From assembly GCA_002633005.1 (NCBI GenBank), contig NMRA01000501.1, forward strand, positions 62,001-126,000: DNA of 64,000 nt. Direction: 5' to 3'. Of the stretch, positions 1 through 14,166 are shown in pieces. The stretch's first letter is position 1, and every line of letters starts with the position of its first letter. Origin of the DNA: Phoronis australis. Lineage: Eukaryota; Animalia; Phoronida. The notes under the pieces are model-generated. The model was not told the origin of the DNA, did not search any database, and saw nothing but the letters and a program-made list of their open reading frames with translations. The translations under genes were made by a program, and so were the position numbers.

Positions 1-894
1 GTCTTTGTTGTCATCTTTTCTTGTTCAGCAAATTTTTCGAGTGTCAGTCCTCGGAGCGCATTCATTCAAGTGAGTACTTCTGTCTGATCCTATGTGTTTT
101 CAAATGTATTGGGATCTAATCTCATGCTCAATTAACGATAAATAGATCAATCAATTAATCAAATCTCTGCAAGTATTAGCAAGCGTATTCATCTGAATAT
201 TTCAGTTTTACGCTGAGATGAGAAGACGAGTAGAAAAAATGGCTAAGTGTCACCAGACACAGAACAACAGCATAGAATTGGAAATCAAAATATCAAACAC
301 ACACAACATGACCAAGGAACCACCAGGAAACTCTGCAATTTACCATATCTCAATCCTAACACCACATTGATCTCCTTTAACCATTAAATGGGTGGGAGAA
401 ACTTCGTTAATACCACCGCTATAATTAGTTTCAAATTAATTAAAATAATCAAATTAATTAGACAAGAATGATTGGCAGGCCAGATGGTTTCAAAAGGAAA
501 TTCCAGCCAGCCTTCATAAAATCAATGCTCCCATGTAATTAGAATGGCTGCAAGACAGTTGGATTCGTAGTAGATTTTAGGCTTAAACCTCTATCTCTGG
601 TACGTACAGATAAAGCAAATTAAAGCCGACACATCTTATTAAATTTGAGAATATGTAGAATATATAAATCATAACCATGTTTAAGAATGACTCAATGTTT
701 TCAGCTAGCGACTTCAATGAATTAGGATCAGAAATAAGCAACAGGATCAAGTTTGTTTAACAAAATAGTGACAAAGCATTGGTGTCTTGTTTGTATTTTA
801 TCTCAACAGTGGGACAGTGCACAATTATCTCTTTTTTAACAAATGTACAAAAGGTGTACAATAAGTACAGGCTTCATAGGCTTCTCGTTTTCTT

Positions 895-1000
895 AAGGGT
901 ACATGCTTGTAGGAACCTAGAAAAATGTCCCATTTTGGCCACTCTCAGAACATGGCATCTCAAAAATGGCTGATCCTATTCATGTGAAACTTTCAGACAC
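895..1000. mobile_element. End fragment of a TTAA-flanked DNA element; inverse-oriented relative at about 7855-7945
   Basis: GTAGGAACCTAGAAAAATGTCC and ATCTCAAAAATGGCTGATCCTATTCATGTGAAACT match the reverse complement of 7855-7945. Confidence 0.5.
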
Positions 1001-4000
1001 TATGCTTTACGCGCTGTTTTCCACATGGCTGTTAGGAATCGTTTTTAGAATCTTTTGCTTGAGGGGTTATCAAAAATAGAATACGTTTTTACGGAAAATT
1101 AAAGTTGCACAGCATGAAAACGAAAGAATAATTTAGAAAAAACTGTAACAGCATTTTTGAGATTTTTATCTTGAACATTTATATCGTACGAAATTTGGAA
1201 ATGTTATTGTTGTGTTGTTTTGCTATAAATGTTTGTTTCTTTTTTGCAAAATTTTCCTAAAAAACTTGGTCATGTGGCCTAATTAGTGGCAAAAATCAAA
1301 TTCTTTGAATTTTCTGCTTTCAGAAGATATAGATGTTTGTTGAGTTTAATTCTATAGTTTTGTAGATATTTGGCAAACGTCCTACAAAATTAGCTCACAG
1401 GACCTATGTAACCTTCAACTGCATAGATCAGTTCTTACAAAAATGGATGATCTCATCAAAGAATCATGACAATATCAAAGTTGTATGTTATTTCATTACA
1501 ATTTCAAAGATGCATCAAAAGCATCAAATAAAGGGTCGGACTGAATCTTTGTACACCGCCATTTTGCGAAAAATCAAACGTGAAAGCTAAGAGTCGTTGA
1601 AAAGTTCTTGTGACCATCTCATGAAAATTGCAGCTCCAAAAATGAACAAAACTCAGCATAGTAAAGTAGAATCTCCCCAAACTTGAACAAACTTAAATAC
1701 CCAAAATGCTCTTTTTGATGTTTCAAAGGCTTTGAACACTGTTGCGTGTTGCGTATGTCCATAAATTTTCAAAATATTATCTGGAGGCACCGTTGATACA
1801 GATGGAAAAACATCGATTTGTTGCTTCATTGTTTACATTATTTTACCTCGCTTCTAAAATTTTTGCTTTGAAAGGTCCTTGCAGGGCATAAAGGGACGTT
1901 ATCAATTTGATGGCCAATAACACAGTTCATTGATTATTGTTGGAGAGGATAGTATATACATGTTATTAGCTTTGACCAAAACTACATCACTACAAAATCT
2001 TTTGTTTTTGTGATTTTTATTACGGTACAAAATTCCCAATTTTTGTTGTTGCCTGCCAGACATTGCTGAAATCCAGGCTGGTGTCCTCACTATTTAAATA
2101 CTTTAAAATATTCAAACGCCTGCGATTTAGCTAAGATGCAGTTTTTCAGCTACCACTACAGAGCTAGCCAGTCCCATTCCACAATACTAAGTTCTTTAAA
2201 AAAATTTTTCTCGCCAACAACCTCTCACAACTGGTATGCAAGTGATCTCAACATCAGTGTGAACCAGTACACTATATTCATAGTAAAATCCTTAAAATTT
2301 TACCCAGTGAGTTTCGATTTACGATAGCTGCCTAGTATTATCCATGGTACAGATGAAAAAGCAATTCTACATTTGTCCAGAATTTTTACTAAAGAGCAAA
2401 TTCTACACCTAGACAGTGTTGTGCTCAGGTATGAAAGGGGCCAGCTAGATCTCTGGAAGATCTTGAGTTTACATGTCAATCAGTACTCTGGTCTTTGAAG
2501 GCAGCCCAGCACAACAGAGTGTCCACAATAAGGAACAAGGAGAGTTGTGTAATACTATAGGTGGGACAGGTTAAACCACAAGAAACAGAAGCCAATGGTA
2601 CATAGCCTACAGTTGACATGCTTTGTAAGACTTGTTCTATAATTACATACATGCTATGTCCCCATGTCTAGTAAAAACATTCAGCTGATTTGGAAAAGGG
2701 GTGGAAAGTCTCATTCAAGAGAACCATTAATAACTCAGCTGGAAATCATAACTTTCCAACCACTACACAATAGCCAGTGGTCATTGGTGGTCATTCGGTG
2801 AATAAGCTGGAGATGAGGGGTTATTAAGGAAGTGCACTTTAATGAAAATAGTGTAGCATTTTACACAAATAGTATTAGTACAATCACAATAAACTGTTCT
2901 CAGTGAAAGCATACAGGAAGTCACTTGCGCACCAACAGCAAAATTGACGAATTGAAGTGACATACATGAGTATTCTCAGTTTGAGACAAGTTTTCAAAAA
3001 TCTAGAGATCATTCATGATTCTCAGCAGGTCATGTCAAGGACTTCTGTGAACACAGGGGCGTATTACGCAGTCCACTTGAAATAGACTACAGAATAACAC
3101 AATTTTTGAGAGATCTTGCTAAGTGAAACCTTAATGAGGGCGTCTCCTCATGACGAAACTGTCCCCCCAACTGAAATTTAACAAATATAGGGGCGTGTCC
3201 ATTACTGGATGTTATCGGCGGAAAATTGACTTTGGGGTTAACTAGCCAGCCACCATCTGCTCATCATAGCCAATACTTGCTAACGCCTGTCAATTAAACT
3301 TCTTCAAAAAAACAGCAAGGGTGTCTAAATAATTCTAGTGGTTTAAAACACAACATGGCAGGCAGACATAAGTCAGGTTAGTTAACGTTAAATAAACAAA
3401 CCTAGTTACCAGACCAACACAGTGGGACAGAAAAGAGCAAGGCTCAGGCATGGCCAATATGAACAGGGGGAGGCCATTTTGAAAAATAAAATTGAGATAA
3501 AAGCTTTGAGAATCATTTGCCAAAAACATAACAGCTAGTATCTTTGCTTAAAACAAACTTTTCTGGAGCTAGTTAAATCATAAATTTAAAGAAAAGTTTG
3601 TTGAAATCAAAATAAACCTTGAAAAAATAATTAATGTGAAAATCGCACAGCTACGCAAGGCAGTCACAGATGGTACAATTCGATATCAATGGATATTGGA
3701 TGAAAAGAGCAAAGACAACATGATGATCCTGTCAATGCCAGATTAACAAATGTTTCTTCCAATCAAATTACCAACCGTCATCCACATCAAAATTGAAGTG
3801 TTGAGCAGGCTTGTTTTTTTGAATGTTTGTTATCAAATAGTCAATGCAATAAATATACAGACCCAGAAAGTGCTAAGAGGCAGTGTATCTTTGATACAAA
3901 TGTTGTGAAGATAATGATATCGCCAGTTTAAATTCGTGACAAGTGAGAAGCCTCTAAACAGGTCCTCATAATAAAAAAATAGGAAAATGGTAAGACGCCA

Positions 4001-5527
4001 TGTAAAATATAGTTGCATTGCAATAGATACTAGATACCAATATATATTGGTGTGGGCGTTAATACTGGAAGTTAAGTTGAGCAAACCTCGTGGACTTGCG
4101 CGTAAGAATCAAATAAAACAATCTGAACACAAATAATTGGTAAAATTGTCACTTTTCTTATTAAACTTAAGATTAGACATTGTACAGCAATTCTTTGCTT
4201 ATTTAGTACACAATAAGGCTGACAAGTGAAATTCCATTTGTCAAAATTTTCCACAAAAACAAAAGTTCAAGAATTTTTTTTAGTACATTACAATACCGAG
4301 TAGATGTAACAGAACAACTTCTGATCAATTTTAATTTTTCAAATTAGTAAAGTCAGACAGCCTATGAAAAATGGGAATGGCCACTTTGGAAATTATTTTT
4401 TGTGCGAAATATGTGGAGATTAATAGAATAATCGGAATTTTGTTCAGAAATTTAAACCCTCACTTCACCCTATTTAGCTAACTGAAAACAAAAACCGGAT
4501 TTAGCCTTTGGGGCAAAAACTTCTTGCTGTCAACTTGTGAGGTTCCCTTCCCAGTTTTTATCAGAAGCTTAATAAAATTCACTTATTTACATTTGCAATT
4601 TTTATGTTTATTTGTTCATAGTTGGTTTGAAACAGTTCACCAGTCTATATACAACATATTGTAACCATGACATCTGATAAAATGTAAACACAATATGTTT
4701 CCATTTGTTACTGTTGACTGCATAGAAGAATTCTGGTAAGGGTCGTATATATCATGCCTGCATTTTGAGAACCCGTTTTCGCCACAGAATAACAGGCATC
4801 AAACTGGTTTTCAACATGCAGACAAGTTATATCTGACTATTGCCAGAATTATTATTGACCAGATTAATATTTCCTCTCTTGCAGAGTAGGGAAAAACAGC
4901 AGAGTATGACTGACCCAGTTTTCGCTGACATGTTTTTCAACCAAGTTGTACACGTGGAAAATGATTTATCACACCTCATTCAGCTCTCAATTTTTTATGT
5001 CTGAACTGGAAATCAGTAATTATTGTTGAACTTTCTCGTTTCCAGTACACCTTCACTTAAAATTTATTCCAGTTGGCTTAGGCACAGGGAGAAGACAAGC
5101 AACCATATCCCAAAGAGGGTCGACAAATTTGGGACAAAAATTAGCTGTAACAATTACCATTTTTCATTCTTTATGGCCTTTTAAATGTGCTGTGGATGTC
5201 CACAGTTTTTCAAAACATTTTCAGATGGTAGCTATGGTATAAGGGTCATTCTTCATCAGATATGCCTTCTTTTATTTATTTAAGTCTGTCTACAGAGAGC
5301 ATGTGGGCTAAGCTACAACAACAAAGAAAAAATTTGCACTGAAACCTTTGGTGAGTACCAAAACTTTGCATTTAAATCCTACTATTTTAAGTGAAGTTTC
5401 ACTTGCAGATTAACTACCAGAGTTAACCGTTCCCACTTAACGAAACTTAGATAAAAGCAAAGTTTCACCTTCAATGGGGAAAGCCTCTAAAGAATGAGCC
5501 ATGCACTGGTCAAGGAAGTGACTTTAC

Positions 5528-5779
5528 CAAGGTACCTAAACTATACGGTTAACGGACTCATAAACACGTTCACGGACTCATGGGTTTCCTGGGTCAGCTG
5601 ACATCTACATTTTGTCCGTAGACCGTGTTTGGCGGTCCGTTAACAGTGTTTTTTCGTGAATGTGAGTCCGTGTCGCGTGTAGTTGTGTGAATGGATCGTG
5701 TTTTGTGAGTCCGTTCCCGTGCTTGTGAGTCAGTGGACAGTGTTTGCAGGTCCGTTAACCATGTAGTTTAGGTACCTTG
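5528..5779. mobile_element. MITE, about 250 bp
   Basis: About 30-bp TIR CAAGGTACCTAAACTATACGGTTAACGGAC / GTCCGTTAACCATGTAGTTTAGGTACCTTG; internal ACGGACTCA / TGAGTCCGT subterminal repeats. Confidence 0.85.
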
Positions 5780-8102
5780 TATATTATGAACATTGTTATT
5801 TCAAAGTCAAAGAAACAAGTCTGTGGCTCATGCGCCTTGCATGTTCATAGTAAACTGACAATTAATTTCAACAGTAACATGTTACTGTCAGTCTCATCCA
5901 ATTAGTGGAGAAGGAAACCCATTTCAAGCAGACAACAGGACAATGATGATATCTGCTAAACATGACACAATTTAAAACCCAAACATGTCAACAGTATGTA
6001 CACACCAACAAACCAGTGGAAGTCACCAATGGGAAGCAGACGTTTCCTAAAAGTACATGCAGTTGGTTACATAGGACACCACCAAAACCTTCTCAGCACA
6101 AGACCAAATTTCTGTCAGAAGTCCATGAAGTAGACCCCAGTAGTGTCATCGTCATGGTGACACTCAGCTGAAAGGTGTAAGTGGTTCCAGGTGCACCCTG
6201 GCAGTCTGCATACAACCATAGAATTTCTCCCCTTATCTTCCACTTGCATTAAAATCTAAGCATGAAGGAAGCCATTTCATTGAAGGAAAATTACTTTTTC
6301 AGAGTTTAATTTTTCTATTAAAAGGCAATCTTTCATTTCAAGAGGTATTTCTCCTAAAAACCTCGAAGTTTCAATTTAGATCACTTTACTGTAGGTGATC
6401 TCCAGGCAGATAAAGAACGCAACACTTTGGTTATTCCTTCAGGCCAAGATCATAAAGTTTGAGATCACAACGTGACATCCATGGATTGAAAGTGACCCCC
6501 GTGGATTGAAAACAAAGAAAACTCGAGCCTTAATATTTTGGAAAATAAAAATTCTGTTACTTCGAAATTCAGGAAGTAATTGTCAAAAGAGCTAATTATC
6601 AAGGTGTTAAACGTTACAAAAATCAAATAATTTGAAGTCTGAATCCAGGTAGACATCCCAACCCAATTTCCTCAATTAATGATCTACCCAACAAAATTAA
6701 AGACCCTATTTAGCCGCTAAACTCGAATCCTTGAGAGTTGCGCTTTGCAGTATAAAAACATAGAATGGTCATCTGATTTTGAATTATTGCCAAATGAGCC
6801 AGCAATTCAAGTCACAGACAAATGTTATTCACGAAAATGCAATTTTAGGGTTGGTCAACCTCGATAAAAGCCTGAAGTTGTATTTAGTCGCTGATGGGTT
6901 TCCATGTTTTTGTTGGTACCGGAAATACATTCCTGCCACTGTAAAGAACATTATGAGACAGACTTTATTAGAATAAAGGGCAAATTCTATCTAAGCTTTT
7001 TAGCCAGCTAAATGGTGTGAAGTCCATCTTGAAGTGGCAATTCCAAAAAAAAACATTCCTTCAAATTTTAGCGCAGTGTTCAGTTACTTTAGGCTTTTTT
7101 AAAAATCTGAAAACAGCAAGTGTCAAATCCATCGACCTCGTGAAAGCTCTCAAAACTTGCCCATGAAAACTCATTGCAAAGGGAGTTCCTTTGACCCGGG
7201 TAATTAAAACGATGCTTATCACGCATAAATTACGGCGGAATTCTATTGAGAAAAAAATTTAGGACAGGTTTACAATGTATAGAGTTGATAACTTGGTAGG
7301 CACAGACAACCTATCACTATATACCATAATCTCCTTAAAAGATACTCCTGCTAATATTCTCACCAGTGTGATAATAGTAAAAGTATGGAATCACCTTGTG
7401 CAAAGAACTGTCAATTGCAGCTAGTGACTACTGTAATACAAGTGAAATGACCTGTGCACATCCACAGGCTCACAATTAGCTGGCTATTACCTTGGGAAAC
7501 ATATTATTATAGCGTGCTTTTTGATTCATCCATGCTTGGCAATATGGCGCAGATGCACCACCAGTGCTTCACAGATATACCATACGGTGTCCAGAGTATT
7601 TCTGAATGGTGCTTTGGCATGCTATACCACCTAAAACCTGGACTGTGTTTGGTGTGTTTCATAACTCCTTTGTGTGAATTCAGGGAGATCATGCAACTGT
7701 TGGCCGCAAATGGCAGTATATTACATACTCTAGGAAGAACGTGACATCTCCCCTCACTACCATCTTGCATTACTGAACTGGATCTTGTCAATTTTGAGTT
7801 GGACCTTGTGTACTAGTCTGTGAATTTAAGTAAACGTCAGAAGAATAGCATACTCTGTGAGTTTCACATGAATCCGATCAAGCATTTCTGAGATACACTG
7901 TTCAAAATTTAGCCAAATTTGGACATTTTCTAGGGTCCTACTCCTACATAACGTAAGGCATGGTCAATTTGAAGTTTACAAAATCATGCGCACTTGTATA
8001 TAGCTTGTATTAAAAGTTGTAACTTAAGCGTGAATTGAGAGACAAATTGACACATTGAGTGAATAACCAATGTTCTTCCTTGACTGACACAGCCATAGTA
8101 CT

Positions 8103-9510
8103 CAGGGCTCGACGCGGGCTCGCCAGGTCGCATTTTGCGACAAAGCCAAAATCCTAGGTCGCATTTTCAAACTGCAGCTCGCATTACGATAAATTCCAGG
8201 TCCCGAAAATTTCCCGCCATTTTTACGGACAAAAATTGGCTTTAAGGTCATCAGAAAATGCTTAGATAATGCTCTGGCAACATCAAATACAAATTTCATG
8301 TCGCAAAATTGAGTTCTTACAAGCATATCATACATGCACCGCGTTACCGTTCTTCACTACCGCCATCTAGTGAAAGACCCAGGAGCGCAAGGCAGTTGCC
8401 AACGCGAAAGTTAAATCAGTGCTCTCTAACTGACACATGCATTCGATTAGCTAAGTGTGCAACGTGAAAAAGGAGAAAATACATGTTGAAAAAGTATAGG
8501 CGATTTTGCTAGGATTGACTTGCTATAAGACTGTCATCAAAGTCGTTAAGGATCCAAAGATTGATAACTCTGAGTGCAAATTCCTTCCATTTGTTCGCAG
8601 GCCAAACTTTGCAACTTGACGTTTGATAAAACATCCTGTAGGAAGAAATCCGTGAAACGTTGACCTACTTGCTGAATGACGTATTGATATGTGGAAACAA
8701 TTCACTGCAAATTTCATAACAAAAAATGTGGGACTTATGCTGTTTACGTAGTCAACAATTAGTTTTTCATGAAATAAAAAGCCTCGAAATGATTTCCAAC
8801 GGTGCGGGTTTCTATTATTCTGCCGAAAGCGCGTAAAGGCATGCCCGTCGTTTGGCAATTAATTAGGTTGTCATTTTCACGTTTGCTGTCTTTTGCGATA
8901 AAAAAACAAAACGCACTTTTCCAAGTCACGACGATTGTCTGCCGGGACCGCTTTCTGGTGCTAACAGTGGAACCGACCAGTGCCGCAGTGCGATCAGGCA
9001 TATTGCCGTGGGTGTTGCCGTAATTTGATATTAAGGACACCTTACATGAAAAATAAATGTTTTTTTACCACTAAGCTAGGTAAGTTCGTCGTTTAAGAAT
9101 TACTAAACACTGCTGCTTTCTGATGTTTTATCACGTATCATCCCGAGGTCCGAAACTTTCTTCGGCACATCCGGAAATTTGCAAAAAGCCGAAAGTATTG
9201 GCCAATAAAATGCGTCAAAGACCAATTCTGCATTCCCTTGTTCACGCGACATGTTTACAAGTCATCGGGAGCGCTGTTCTCAATGAGTGTTCTTTTGAAC
9301 TTGATTTGACAACAATCAAATAACGGTCGGAATCACACGAATTGCTTTACATTTCCCAGGTACCAGCCGCGAAGTTTAAAAACTCAGCTCGCATACGCTG
9401 GAAATTCCAGGTTGCATTTTGCGACTTAATAAGAGCTGGCCAAAATCTCAGCTCACATTTCCAAGTTTCAGGTCGCAAATGCGACCTGCAGCTCGTTATA
9501 TCCATCTCTA
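8103..9510. mobile_element. hAT-like non-autonomous element, right end decayed
   Basis: Starts CAGGGCTCG; clusters of GGTCGCATTTTGCGAC-type motifs at both ends; TAGTACT at both flanks; internal part 8400-8790 is related to 20130-20430. Confidence 0.55.
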
Positions 9511-11919
9511 GTACTCATTAAGAAGTACACAATAGGCTTGTCATGCAGACTTCCCTTGCCACCAGGGTGAGTCACAAATGAAACTGTAGTACGCTGTGTA
9601 CCTTCATCAAATCTTGATCAGTTGGGTCACAAGCAGTCCTACACTAAGATTACCAGTACACCTGCTTCCAAGATTTTCCATATCAAACAATAACATTAGA
9701 CCACTTACTGGTATCAATTTATACAGGCAAACATCATTTTGACAGTAATTCCTTTTCCGATAATCCTTTTTCATAAAATATCAAAAAAATGCAATTCAAC
9801 AAGTCAAGTACTTAAGGTCAAAGGTAATCTTCTTCTTTCTGAATTTCCAAATTCAAACCTCCGTCACAATAAGTGTTAATCAAGTGTTAATTTTGTAAGA
9901 TCAAAGTTTTCCGTCATTGAAGTAATTCCTGAATGTCTTCTATCCTGGTAACACTTTCTGCATTAAGTAAAAGAAAAATAATCAAACAAAACCTCGCCAA
10001 TAGGAGACGAAACCAATTACTGCACTATGAATGCCCAAAGTTTCTGAAAACAGCCGTTGATCATAGCAATGTCGGAGAACTTGAAAATTAGAAAACATTT
10101 ATTTGGTGCTCTCAATCTTTTATGAAAGAAAAACAATACCTTTTCCGCCATAATGTCCCCAAAATGGCTGCCATTTTATGGCACACACTTTAAGCTTCAG
10201 TATACACATCCACCCATTACCACCATTACCTGAATGATTTTGAAAAAAGACAAATTTTTCAGGAGGATGCCTGATCGTCAAAGGCATGTGCAAAGCAGGG
10301 AGAATCGCAATGGAAATCCTAAATCCAACATTATAAAAAAGCAAATTTAGAAGAAATTTAAACAAAAACAACTATGGTTCTTTCCTTAGTAACGATTTGG
10401 AGCGCTGTGAAGTCCATTACATCTACCGGTAATCGGTACGCATGAATATGTATCGGAATACCTTGAAAGTGCTGTACAGCCACAAGACAGCAGTTGTCAG
10501 CACAGCGGACATTACAATAGACAGTGATTCATTAACTGACACAAACAATAGGATCAACACCTGCATCATTTGTAGACAATATCTACTCCATGGAATAGGA
10601 CAGAAGAGTCTGCTACTGTTGGTAATTACCCACAATGCTATGCATCCATGGAGCAGACGCATAGTGCATTAGCTCTAGCGCTGTTCAGTGTATTCAGATC
10701 TGTTACAGGAACACCCCCCCCCCGGACATTAGAGAATCCCACATACGGTTTTTATTGTTTTTCTCTACAATGACAACAGGGCGCACCTGGTGGTGATTCA
10801 AGTCCATGAGGTATGGATGAAACATCAAGGTATAGTTCTTTGGTTGCAAACGTGCTTGTCCAAAGCATGCTTGAGGTGTTAACTTCAATCCAAGACCAAA
10901 TTTTCGAAATAGTCGAGCCATATTGAAATTCACTATTATATCTCCCTAGAAGGCGATCACATCTTTGATAAACAGGCATTCAGCGCCACCTACAGATTCC
11001 ATGTCGTGCTGATGAGAGGTTTCAACCTACTGGTATTGAATGAACAGCGTTTCAATACATTTCCTGCTATCATACTGCCGGCAAATTTCCACTGCTGTGC
11101 GGTAGGATGTACTAACGGCTAATGGAGGAAGGCAAACCTCTTAAAATATCCATGGATGAAGGGCGTGTTCCTTGGAATGATAAGAATCCGCAGCTGCATA
11201 GTCAGGTGCTGTGACTGATCAGGTGGGAGAATTTCAATCTCAGATTAAGTCAAAAAGCTAAAACAGGTTAGTGAAGTTAACCTAATCAAACAATGGGAGG
11301 GGTTAACAGTGGGATTTATTTGTTTTTAAATCCATGAACCCCCATGTATGTTATTGAGTTTTTTTCTACTGAATCTGACTTGGGATCAAGCTGAAGTCAC
11401 TTTCAAGGTCTTATTACTCTAGAGAGCACCAGTAGGAAGTCTGCTATTCAAGCATTCCCACTGACCCATGCCCTTCATTATGTTGGTGCGAAAGGCCATA
11501 AAGATGCTGATTTGCATGGGCTGTCTTTCAATCAAATAATTGGTGGCTTGTTAAAAACCAAACACTAAATGGATATAAAGACTAGATGTGTCAATACTGA
11601 TAGATAATAGGAAGGCTAACAATGCCCTACCCAGTACACTATAGGCCATTTCATTCTAAGGTTGAGGTCTCCATGTTTTGGGGAGATGTGGTCAATGGGA
11701 ATGGTTAACATTGGAGCTGGATCCAAGTTAACAGCACCATTTAACTTGGCAGTACACAGGTGAATTTAACAGTCGAGCAAGAACAGTCAACTCCGGTCTC
11801 ATCGAAGTTATCACCAAGGGACACTGCCATCGCCAACAATTGAAGGGCAGTGTCGTCGCTAATAGCTGCTTATATTTTGCTTGAATAATCACGAATTGAA
11901 TTAGAAATAAGTTATACTT

Positions 11920-12466
11920 CGATGCCGTTAACTACAAAGCCGGTATGAACTATTCAATTAACTTTGGAGTTTACATCGATGCTCCGCTCATACCGGAGTT
12001 AAGTTTGTATGAAAGGGCTTACATAGCCAGGCTTTATAGTCCAGTCCCGTTTAGACATCAACTTTTGGCCCAACTGACACGGAACAAATTTATCAATGAC
12101 AAATGTCCGTTTACACACACAACTCACTAAATGTGGCAAGACAGAAATTGTAAGCTGGAGAGTGGATCGCACATGCGCTGGTTTACAAATGACGGGAGTT
12201 GAAGAGACAGAGAACTTGTATTTAGGTACATAACCGCAGCAGAGATGATCGTTTCCGCCTTGCCCCAGTTTCGCGTTTAGACACATAATTGACACGAAGC
12301 AAGATGTTCTAGCGCAAACTGCTCCACTTCACAAACGGATGGCAAAAGTTGATACCACGGTGTCAATTTGCTCCAGTTCAGTCCCGTTTACACACACACT
12401 TGCGCTGGAACAACTCGTTCCGTGTCAGCTGATCCGTGTCAACTTTTGTAGTGTAAACGGCACTCA
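11920..12466. mobile_element. MITE with CCGTTTACAC repeats (possibly PIF/Harbinger-like)
   Basis: Right end TTTGTAGTGTAAACGGCACTC is inverse to decayed left end GATGCCGTTAACTACAAAG; internal CCGTTTACACACAC at about 12108 and 12384. Confidence 0.55.
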
Positions 12467-12745
12467 TTAGCATTGGGATTGACCTTTTGAGGAATACCTG
12501 GGGAAATCTCCACCTATTTATCAGGTACAATAACATTACCAAATGAAATTTCATTTATCAAATGTCAAAACAAAGAATAATGATGAAGAAAATTGTAGTG
12601 TGATTACTGTGATATTAGCTAGGTTTGTACAGAGTAGAGATTATACAACACCTGCTGAAGGTTCAATCATCTGCAGCAACAAGAGAACCCCTTGGGAAAT
12701 AAAATGGGCAATTTAAGCAATTGTTATTTCTGTGCAAAATGAGTA

Positions 12746-13084
12746 CTGGGATTTTCTGTAGATAAGCCCATGGGCGCGTATTCGGAAAAAGGGGGGAGAG
12801 TGTGTCAACGGCGAGTCATAGCCTCGGCTGGTATGAAAATATTGGCGATTCTTTTGCATAAAACTGTGCTTGTTAATCTTAAGTTAATAAATGCGTAGTT
12901 CGACAACTCTTCCGTCATTTTAAAAATTATTAATACTCCACAAAACTGAATTTGTGGCTAAAAGTTGACGCTGAGTGGACTTTTAAACACCACTTAAATG
13001 TCCAAGAGCGTTTATTCGACATCATTTTTCGAATAAACGCCCATGGGCATTTCATCGGGTGGGCTTATCTATGGAAAATCCCAG
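12746..13084. mobile_element. Tc1/mariner-type MITE with TA target duplication
   Basis: TA|CTGGGATTTTCTGTAGATAAGCCCA ... TGGGCTTATCTATGGAAAATCCCAG|TA. Confidence 0.85.
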
Positions 13085-14116
13085 TATTTAGAATTTCCAT
13101 AGCAGAACGGATATAATTTTATTTTCTGAAATTTCTCAGCAAAACACTTAAGAATATTTTGCTCAGTCAATAGAATCTGAACTAAACATCCGCCATGAGA
13201 AACCACTTAAAATAGTGAGGTAACCAGCTTTCGTAAACTGCAAAAATGATAATTTTGTTGGGCTAAACAATTGAAGAGTTCCATTGAAAATCAGAAGACC
13301 GGAATTTTGTTTTTGTCAAACTACCCATTAACAAACCAATCTATTTCAGCAGAGTATCAAATTTTGTCAATTAGGGGGTTAACTCACACTGGCGAAACCC
13401 TCATGTTTCACTTAAGGGGGTTGAACCTCTGACCCTTCCTCTGGTCGACCCACAAACGGACTTTTTCCCTCGCTGCACACTGCAGATTTCATATGGGAGA
13501 CGTTTGGGAATTTTTTGTTTATCAGTAGCACTGCAAACACCCGGAATTGATGAAAAAGGATGATTTTGGAAACCGCTCTAACCTCTTATTTCAAAACAAA
13601 TGAATAATCATGCAAACGGAAACTGACATAGAATAGCACGTAAATTAGATAGTTCACTGTCGTACCATTTATTTCGCACACAAACAGTTGCCAGAATGGT
13701 GATTTTCTATTTTTCAAAGGTTTATTATCTTATTCCTAATAATTGAAATTTATACAAATGTTGTTTTACGCCACCTACACACATATCTATGCCTACAGCC
13801 ACCAACCCAATGTAACAGGGTAATGACAGCAGTCCACCACCACCCCCCTCCAGTGCCTGGGGTCAAATAAGAAGCCTTGAGATTTATTGGATACTATGTC
13901 AACAGTCTATACAAACATAGATCTAGCTGACTTGTGTCTAGATCTCCACTGGATGGCTTCAAAAAGTACTCAAGGAATGGCTATAAGGACCTCAACAGCA
14001 AATTCATGTGTTCAGCCAATTATCTACAACATTTCCATCTTGAGAAAGAGACGTTCTGAAAGCAGAAAACGTTTAGAGTTTGATTTTTGACTTGTATCCA
14101 ATCTTCCAATTGCTTT

Positions 14117-14166
14117 GAGTCATGTGACAATGCCTCTTATGAGTCATGTGACAATGCCTCTTATGA
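14117..14166 (+). repeat. 24-bp tandem duplication
   Basis: GAGTCATGTGACAATGCCTCTTAT x2. Confidence 0.85.

Noticed and set aside
895-7945. One 7-kb transposon bounded by the inverted fragments at about 895-1000 and 7855-7945
   Set aside because: Arms are too diverged, there is no matching TSD and no transposase ORF; more likely independent insertions of one family.
10496-10515. REST/NRSE-like site TCAGCACAGCGGACAT
   Set aside because: Mismatches at core positions; single weak hit.
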